DNA from: Rhodothermales bacterium
GTDB lineage: Bacteria; Bacteroidota; Rhodothermia; Rhodothermales; UBA10348
Direction of reading: 5' to 3'
NCBI GenBank assembly: GCA_028284865.1
Contig: JANQQV010000024.1
Coordinates: 140,218-204,217, forward strand
DNA: 64,000 bases
Shown: positions 57,926 through 64,000 of the stretch, in pieces
Layout of the letters: every line of letters starts with the position of its first letter
Numbering within the stretch: position 1 is the stretch's first letter
Made by a program: the position numbers and the translations under genes
Notes under the pieces: model-generated
What the model saw: the letters and a program-made list of their open reading frames with translations, nothing else
What the model was told of the DNA's origin: nothing
The model's database searches: none

Positions 57926-58327
57926 ATGCGCAAACGGGAACTGACCGTCGATCGACAGCTGGTGAAAACCCAGTTGGCACCGGCAGCAATTGGACCGTAC
58001 AGCCAAGGTGTGATGGCGGGCAATACCCTGTATTGCTCAGGGCAGATCCCGATTGACCCGAAGACGGGTCACATGGTTTCGGATACCATTGAGAACGAAA
58101 CCGAGCGCGTCCTCGAGAACCTGAAAGGCGTGTTGACCGCGGCAGGCATGTCGCTGGAGAACGTGGTTTCGTGCCGCGTCTACATGACCGATATCAACGA
58201 CTACGCCCAGATCAACGAGGTGTACGGTCGGTTCTTTGGCGCGAATGCTCCCGCTCGGGAAGCGGTCCAGGTCTGTGCATTGCCTCGCGGCGCGCGCGTT
58301 GAGATTTCCGCGGTTGCCGTGAAGTAG
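57926..58327 (+). CDS. ridA: RidA/YjgF-family reactive intermediate deaminase
   Basis: APAAIGPYSQGV, YCSGQIPIDP, RVEISAVA. Start may be slightly downstream. Confidence 0.85.
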   Translation: MRKRELTVDRQLVKTQLAPAAIGPYSQGVMAGNTLYCSGQIPIDPKTGHMVSDTIENETERVLENLKGVLTAAGMSLENVVSCRVYMTDINDYAQINEVYGRFFGANAPAREAVQVCALPRGARVEISAVAVK

Positions 58328-58353
58328 CCGATTCGGGCTGGAAGCGCAGGCAG

Positions 58354-58875
58354 TCAGTAGGAAAGGAGCGAGTGAACGTGCGATCCCTCGGGTAGTCTGC
58401 TGCGTCCGTCCAGAAACGCCAACTCGATCAGGAAGGAGAATCCGACCACGCTGGCACCAGCGAACTCGGTCAGCCGATGTGTGGCAGCGGCCGTTCCTCC
58501 TGTGGCGATGACGTCATCATGTATCAGGACGCGATCTGATTCCGAGACGGCGTCGATGTGCATTTCGATCGTGTCCGTGCCGTATTCCAGTTCGTAGCTC
58601 TCCCGAACAGTGGTAAAGGGGAGCTTTCCTTGCTTTCGGACTGGAATGAACCCGGCATTCAGCTCATCGGCCAGCATTGCGCCCAGGATGAACCCACGGG
58701 ACTCGATGCCGATGACTTTGGTGATTCCCTCTGATTGCCACTCTGCTGCCAGGCCATTCACGGCTGCGCGCAACAGGCGAGCATCGGCCAGGATGGGTGT
58801 AATGTCCTTGAACTGGATTCCCGGCTCGGGGAAGTCGGGGATGGTGCGAACGGCGTCGGCCAGTTGGGTATGCAT
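58354..58875 (-). CDS. apt: Adenine phosphoribosyltransferase
   Basis: 173 aa, PDFPEPGIQFKDITP and PRPP motif VLIHDDVIATGGTA. Confidence 0.92.
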   Translation of the reverse strand: MHTQLADAVRTIPDFPEPGIQFKDITPILADARLLRAAVNGLAAEWQSEGITKVIGIESRGFILGAMLADELNAGFIPVRKQGKLPFTTVRESYELEYGTDTIEMHIDAVSESDRVLIHDDVIATGGTAAATHRLTEFAGASVVGFSFLIELAFLDGRSRLPEGSHVHSLLSY

Positions 58876-58893
58876 GGTCGGAGGAGAGGACTC

Positions 58894-60228
58894 CTACCGA
58901 TTGGATGCACTCAGGTGGAGTCCCTGATCGTATTCAGATTTGTACTGCCGGATTGCCCGGAAGATAGCACTGGCCAGATAGGCCTGCCCATCATCACTGC
59001 GCATGAAGGCCGCTTCGCCAGGGTTGGACAGGAAGCCCAACTCGACCAGGACGGCAGGCATGGAGGCGCCATAAAGCACGTAGAATCCTGCCTGTTTGAC
59101 GCCTCGACTCCGGCGACCCGCCCGATTCTCGAATTGGTCTTCGATGGATTCTGCCAGCGCCTGGGATTGACGCATGTAAGCACTCTGGGCGAGGGTCTGC
59201 ATGACCGAGGTCATCGCATCATATTCCGAATACGCCGAAGCATCGGCCTCAAGGCGAATGACTTCATTTTCGCGTTCCATGACGCGTTGGGCTGCTTCCG
59301 ACTTGTGGAGGCCAAGAAAGAAGGTCTCCGTTCCTTTCGCGCGACGATCTGGTGCCGCATTGGCATGGATCGAGACGAAGAGCTTGCCACCTGCCTCGTT
59401 GGCGATGTGGCCACGCCCTTCGAGCGGGATGAAGCGATCGTTGTCGCGCGTGTAGACGACGTTGACGTCGAGATTCTCTTCAAGGTAGGTGCCAAGCTTC
59501 AGGGCAACGCCCAGCACGATGTCCTTCTCACGGGTCCCATCAGCAGCAACAGCACCGCTGTCTTTTCCACCGTGGCCCGCGTCAATTACGATTGTGTCGA
59601 GCGTCCAGCGCTCCGGATCTGCATCTGCCGTGGGACGGGGTTGATTGGCTGATCGGGTGATGGCGCCTGAAAGCTGATTGGCCAGCGAACGGTCCGCAGG
59701 TGCGGGTTCGCCGGCGGTGGCAACTACCGGGACGGCCGGAGGGGAGCCGGTCAGGTTGACAAGAATGTCATGACTGGATCGATCTCGATAAGCGGAGGCC
59801 GTGATGGGTCCACCACCGGGCTCCAGACGGATGACCACGTCTTTCTGGATCTGATCCACCCGATAGGATCGGATGAGCTGGGAAGGGGTGTCGAGTGTAC
59901 GGTCCCGATGCAGCGCGCTCCGAAACAGGACGATCTCGATGGATCCATCCTCCCGGTAAGTCGGCATGCTGAAGGCGGCGATCGGCTGATCCAGATGCAG
60001 GCGCATGACGACACCCATGCCGTCGCTGCGATCTGTGAACGATATCCGGTTGAGAACGGGACTTGCATCGTCTGTCGAAACGATGCCCAGGTCACTCGCG
60101 GTTGTCGCATCTCGAGCGGTTGCCGCCATGACGGTGCTCAGGCCCAGCAATAGGAGCATGGCGATCACTGCCCGGTATCCCGGACGGGGATGGGCAATCG
60201 CGTATGGTATGGAGGACGAGGCCGTCAT
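58894..60228 (-). CDS. N-acetylmuramoyl-L-alanine amidase (Amidase_3 type) with an N-terminal AMIN-like domain
   Basis: 444 aa. TM/signal, AMIN-like beta domain, C-terminal catalytic domain IVIDAGHGGKDSGA...SIHANA...LVELGF. Confidence 0.88.
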   Translation of the reverse strand: MTASSSIPYAIAHPRPGYRAVIAMLLLLGLSTVMAATARDATTASDLGIVSTDDASPVLNRISFTDRSDGMGVVMRLHLDQPIAAFSMPTYREDGSIEIVLFRSALHRDRTLDTPSQLIRSYRVDQIQKDVVIRLEPGGGPITASAYRDRSSHDILVNLTGSPPAVPVVATAGEPAPADRSLANQLSGAITRSANQPRPTADADPERWTLDTIVIDAGHGGKDSGAVAADGTREKDIVLGVALKLGTYLEENLDVNVVYTRDNDRFIPLEGRGHIANEAGGKLFVSIHANAAPDRRAKGTETFFLGLHKSEAAQRVMERENEVIRLEADASAYSEYDAMTSVMQTLAQSAYMRQSQALAESIEDQFENRAGRRSRGVKQAGFYVLYGASMPAVLVELGFLSNPGEAAFMRSDDGQAYLASAIFRAIRQYKSEYDQGLHLSASNR

Positions 60229-60390
60229 GGATGTTCGATGCAGTGACAGAAAGCGGTTTGTGCCCTGTCACAGGCAATCAGGATGCCAAGGTACGATCCT
60301 GGGGGTGCGGTACGGGGGTGAAAACCGCGGGATAACTGTTTTCGACCGCCAGGGGCCCATCCTGAAGGGCATTTGGACTCCAAGCGGGGT

Positions 60391-60431
60391 CCAAAAAGGA
60401 TGCGGGCGAAGGCCGGATGGCCTTCGCCCGC
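60391..60431 (-). terminator. Intrinsic terminator of the ECF-sigma operon
   Basis: Perfect 13-bp stem GCGGGCGAAGGCC (60402-60414) / GGCCTTCGCCCGC (60419-60431). On the minus strand it is followed by ATCCTTTTTGG. About 150 nt after the stop at 60579. Confidence 0.75.
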
Positions 60432-60578
60432 AAGACACAAAGGGCTTGGAACGGAAAAGCGTACGGCATTGACCGGAAGCTTTTTCCGACCCGAGACCGA
60501 TCTGTGTCCCATCGAATGACTGACGCCGACCCTCCCTTCGTCTTCGCCAGTCATGCGAATGTCACGATTCGATCCGGA

Positions 60579-61379
60579 CTACCAGTCGTACCGGGAAGAG
60601 CGACCGAGCAGTTCATTCTTGCGCTTCTCGATGATGTCGGCGCGATCCTGTTGGCGCTGTGAAAGCTGCTCTTCGAGCTCAGCCAGCTTCTGGCGCATCT
60701 CATCGATGCGCTCCTGGTGGGCGTCCTGCTTCTCATCGAAAACCTGCCCGAGAATGGCGTCAAGTTCAGCTTCAAGCTCGGCGACATCGCCATCTTCCAT
60801 GCGCATTTTGCGGGCGAGCTCACGACTCCGCATCTCGGCCTCGCGACCTTCTTCGCTCAATGCCTGGCGACCATAAAAGACGTTCATGCGCGGAGCCAGC
60901 GATCCGATACGGACGGACTGGTCTGCCATCCGCTCAGCCATGGCTTGGGCCTCTTCAGAGTAACGGCGGGCCAGTCGCTCAACTTCAAATCTGCCCTCGA
61001 AGTCGTCGTCGCTGAAGAGCTCAACGCGGGCATCATCGCCGGTGACGTAGCCGAATGCTCGGGGTGACGAGCGAATCCGGAACGGTTCGTCATCATCAAA
61101 ACCGCGCATCACGAATCCAGAGCGACCTTTGAAGATGTCGGAGTTCGAGAACCAGATGTCCTCCGACTCACCATCCTTGGAACGGCGAAGTAGGACCGGG
61201 CCTTCTGCATCCTCGAGTTCAGCGACCTCTTCGCCATTCAGAAAGACCTTGCCATCCTTGATTTCGATGACGGTTTTGGTGCCTTCCTCGGTGCGGTCCT
61301 GGGCCATGCTTTGGCCGACTGGTGAAAAGAACAGCCCCAGCACGAGGAGGAAGTAGGTGACGGGTATCAGACGTTTCAT
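60579..61379 (-). CDS. Secreted coiled-coil protein, paralog 1 (unknown function)
   Basis: Start at signal-peptide Met (MKRLIPVTYFLLVLGLFFSPVGQSMAQ). VIEIKDGKVFLNG motif, C-terminal heptad-rich helix ending ...DIIEKRKNELLGRSSRYDW. Confidence 0.65.
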   Translation of the reverse strand: MKRLIPVTYFLLVLGLFFSPVGQSMAQDRTEEGTKTVIEIKDGKVFLNGEEVAELEDAEGPVLLRRSKDGESEDIWFSNSDIFKGRSGFVMRGFDDDEPFRIRSSPRAFGYVTGDDARVELFSDDDFEGRFEVERLARRYSEEAQAMAERMADQSVRIGSLAPRMNVFYGRQALSEEGREAEMRSRELARKMRMEDGDVAELEAELDAILGQVFDEKQDAHQERIDEMRQKLAELEEQLSQRQQDRADIIEKRKNELLGRSSRYDW

Positions 61380-61500
61380 GATGTAGACAGAGTTGTGCGA
61401 GTGATTTCGACGAGGGTGATATGCGGCGTCGAAAACAAATCGGTCATCGTGTACCGCCTGATTCCCAGGCGATTCCATGATGGATACATGATGCTGGCGG

Positions 61501-62418
61501 CTACCAGCGATGCAGGTTCAGCAGATCGTTCAGGCGACTTTCGATGATGTCATCCTTGAGCGACTGACGCTCTTCCAAGCGACCCTGGAGTTCCTTGAGC
61601 TGGGTCTCCAACTGTGAGATCTCCTGGCGACGGTTGGCCTGCTTGAGTTCAAAGATTTCAGTCAGAATCGAACGGAGCTCTTGCTCGTGTTTCGCTCGCT
61701 CCTGCTCGGAGTTCGACTGCTGGATGGCCTGAGCAAGACGATGCGTTCGCATCTCCATGTCCCGCTCGCGCATGAGCTCTTCGTACAAGCGACGGTTTTC
61801 ACTCTGCAGTGAACCCAGATAGGCTTCATACTCCACGCGAGGGAAGATGCTGGCCAGTCGGGCCGTGTTCTCGGCTTCGACAACCATTCTGCGGGCCAAT
61901 TCATTGGTTTCGGGAGCCACTTCTTTCAGTTCAAACGTCAGCTTGTTGAATTGATTGGCTTGTTCGCGAAGCTGGGCAACGTACTGCTGCATGGCTTCGG
62001 GATTGACGGCCCGGGATTCAACCATGTATCCCGTAACCGTGGAGGCCGGCTCATAGAGTCGAACATCGGCACCAGCGTCCTCGCTGGAGAACATGACCAG
62101 CACGTTGCGGTCTGCCTTCTCATTCTGATTGGCCGGCCGGAAGGCCCCTTCTTCGAAATAGAACGAGTTGCCGTTGATATCAATCAGGGCGCTGTCCATC
62201 GTCCAGAAGGTCATGTTGACATCTGCACTCAGGTCACGCATGCCGCGCGGCAGATCAGAAGCATCGATCCGATTTCCGTTCACATAGACGGTTCCATTCT
62301 CGATGGACACTTTCTGCGAGGCCGGAATCAGTTGGACATTCTGCTGCGCCAAGCCCGCATGAGCTGCGGGAGCGCCAGCAAACAGAGTGATAAAGGCAAT
62401 CAGTAAAAGTCGTTTCAT
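61501..62418 (-). CDS. Secreted coiled-coil protein, paralog 2 (unknown function)
   Basis: Start at MKRLLLIAFITLFAGAPAAHA. VSIENGTVYVNG motif, C-terminal helix ...DIIESRLNDLLNLHRW. Collinear similarity to paralog 1. Confidence 0.65.
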   Translation of the reverse strand: MKRLLLIAFITLFAGAPAAHAGLAQQNVQLIPASQKVSIENGTVYVNGNRIDASDLPRGMRDLSADVNMTFWTMDSALIDINGNSFYFEEGAFRPANQNEKADRNVLVMFSSEDAGADVRLYEPASTVTGYMVESRAVNPEAMQQYVAQLREQANQFNKLTFELKEVAPETNELARRMVVEAENTARLASIFPRVEYEAYLGSLQSENRRLYEELMRERDMEMRTHRLAQAIQQSNSEQERAKHEQELRSILTEIFELKQANRRQEISQLETQLKELQGRLEERQSLKDDIIESRLNDLLNLHRW

Positions 62419-62452
62419 GGCATCAGTGCGTGTAGATGGAGCTACACCTTCC

Positions 62453-63109
62453 TCATCGTTGCTGATTGTTGGAGCCGGCCATCTGAAGGCGACCTGAACC
62501 CGAACCGGGCAGGGACTCCAGAGGAACGGCCTTTTCACCCCAGTCAAGGGAGCCTTGGGGGCGCATGGTCTGGATGCGGCGATGCATGTCCAGAATCGGC
62601 GAAGCATCATCCCAAGCCAATCGCGGATCACTTTGCGAGGCGGGGGTCAACTGTCGCTGGGGAGGAACGAAACGGTAAAGGGACTCAGGGGGGACGAGAT
62701 CATCCGACGACGAGGCGACGGCTGGAGCTTCGTCCGGGATGGAGGTCCCGGTTGAGGCGCCGAACCAGCCAATGGCTACTCCAAAGATGATGGCAGCCGC
62801 AATCGAGAGCGCAGGGATGAGCACTTTGCGCATCCGGTTCGCTCGCGGAAGGGCCGGACGGTCCGGGCGATGATCACCGGCTGGAAGGCCTTCTCCAGCA
62901 GCAGCGGCTGCAAGGATGCGATCGATCACGATCTGGTCTGGACGTTCTTTTGCGAGGTGATCCAGTCTGAATTTGGCTTCACTCAGGTCGGCGTGCTCCT
63001 GACGCAGCTCATCGTCCCTGAGCAGGGAACGGAGCTCTTCCGCGTCTGACGCCTCTCCATAGAGGTGAAGCAGGATGTCTTTTTTGCCGTTTTTCATGCT
63101 TTCAGGCAT
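62453..63109 (-). CDS. Anti-sigma factor (single-pass)
   Basis: 218 aa, short cytoplasmic helical N-domain, one TM (VLIPALSIAAAIIFGVAIGWF), extracytoplasmic tail. 22 nt downstream of the ECF sigma gene. Confidence 0.65.
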   Translation of the reverse strand: MPESMKNGKKDILLHLYGEASDAEELRSLLRDDELRQEHADLSEAKFRLDHLAKERPDQIVIDRILAAAAAGEGLPAGDHRPDRPALPRANRMRKVLIPALSIAAAIIFGVAIGWFGASTGTSIPDEAPAVASSSDDLVPPESLYRFVPPQRQLTPASQSDPRLAWDDASPILDMHRRIQTMRPQGSLDWGEKAVPLESLPGSGSGRLQMAGSNNQQR

Positions 63110-63131
63110 GGTGGTGCCGTATTCCGATAAT

Positions 63132-63737
63132 TCAATTGCTGACCGGTATCTGGTCGCTTCGTTTTGCTTCCTCCATCATCCGGCGAAGGTTCAACAATGC
63201 GTAGCGCATGCGTCCCAATGCCGTGTTGATGGAGCAGTTTGTGAGCTCCGCTATCTCCCGGAAGGTCAGATCCGACTCATGTCGGAGAAGGACGACCTCT
63301 CTTTGTTCGGGTGACAGACGGTCGATACAGGCTTTCAACAAATCCACCTCCTCCATGTCCTGGACGGATTCGAGCGCGGTCGGGCCTTCGTCAGGAAGGC
63401 GATCCCACCAGGCAGTCTCGTCACCGTCATCACCGGATCCCAGATCCTGCCATTTCTTCCGAGCTCTGAGATGGTCCAATGCTGCGTTCCGGGCGATCCG
63501 GAGAACCCATCCGAGGAATTTTCCCTGTCGGGTGTAGGATCCGCGCTCTTTGTTGAGAGCACCGATCACCCGGAGGAAGGTCTCCTGGAACAGGTCATTG
63601 GCCACCTCCCGATCCTTTACCATCCCACGCAGATATCCGAAGACGCGCTCCTGATGGCGGTCCACCAGGGTGCGGAAAGCGGCCTGGTCGGCCTCTTCCA
63701 CATATCGGGCAACTAGCACTTCGTCAGCCGGGTGCAT
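63132..63737 (-). CDS. ECF-type RNA polymerase sigma factor
   Basis: 201 aa, region 2 (ANDLFQETFLRVI, WVLRIARNAALDHLR) and region 4 HTH (TFREIAELTNCSINTALGRMRYA). Confidence 0.88.
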   Translation of the reverse strand: MHPADEVLVARYVEEADQAAFRTLVDRHQERVFGYLRGMVKDREVANDLFQETFLRVIGALNKERGSYTRQGKFLGWVLRIARNAALDHLRARKKWQDLGSGDDGDETAWWDRLPDEGPTALESVQDMEEVDLLKACIDRLSPEQREVVLLRHESDLTFREIAELTNCSINTALGRMRYALLNLRRMMEEAKRSDQIPVSN

Positions 63738-64000
63738 GTTGGCAGGAACGGGCAGGGAGGTTGAAATGACGGGTTGGTTCCCGATCAGGCATCGATCATT
63801 CGATGGATGACCAGGTCATGTCCGAAGGTGTACGGGGAAAACGGCGGCACGCATGACATTATTGTGCGCACGATACCGAAAAAGACAAATCGCCGAAAAC
63901 GACTACAGAAATGTGCCCAACGGCGGGGTACCGTGTTCGGAAAACCGGCCGAACGGTTGCAATATCACGCTGGCATTCACACTGTCATTCGAACTGGTGA

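Noticed and set aside
60300-60390. c-di-AMP (ydaO-type) riboswitch near the amidase gene: GGGGGTGAAAACC and GCGGGGTCCAAA strings
   Set aside because: The motifs are on the + strand and in the wrong order, while the amidase is on the minus strand. No + strand gene lies downstream. The region is better explained as the operon terminator plus the amidase promoter.
63738-63800. Auto-regulated ECF promoter (GGAAC ... CGTC-type) upstream of the ECF sigma gene
   Set aside because: A GGAAC is present on the minus strand about 45 nt upstream of the ATG, but no properly spaced -10 element follows. This is too weak to call.

Overview
GC-rich chromosomal segment that looks like a Bacteroidota/Rhodothermota-type genome. 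This is inferred from gene content: a Bat aerotolerance-type cluster, a DUF5683-like gene beside parAB, a three-subunit sdhCAB, rpsF-rpsR-rplI without ssb, and few Shine-Dalgarno sites. About 60 protein genes are supported, and almost all are ordinary housekeeping. They include lptB, tyrS, DAHP synthase, glmS, prfA, ribosomal proteins, dsbD, parAB, a UvrD-like helicase, MacB-like permeases, rpiA, radA, mlaEFD, tdk, purQ, sdhCAB, citrate synthase, RNase E/G, apt and an amidase. No tRNA, rRNA, CRISPR array, transposase or integrase was seen. The stand-out is the only large gene-free gap (12915-14076). It holds a near-perfect TTGACT-17-TATAAT promoter, about 745 nt dense in tetraloop-capped hairpins and internal repeats, and a clean hairpin+T8 terminator. 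No credible ORF lies there, and I found no signature of RNase P RNA, tmRNA, SRP RNA or common riboswitches by eye. I flag it as a candidate large orphan structured RNA, preceded by a possible second small transcription unit. Secondary items are an alpha-oxoamine synthase + GNAT-like + HAD operon (possible sphingoid or sulfonolipid pathway) and a Bat cluster with no adjacent MoxR ATPase. Others are an ECF sigma/anti-sigma operon with two paralogous secreted coiled-coil proteins, a divergent sigma-like gene coupled to a rhomboid protease, a 52-aa membrane ORF missing from the ORF track, and a 640-bp unassigned leader upstream of rne. All family calls rest on motifs read from the translations; no database search was run.
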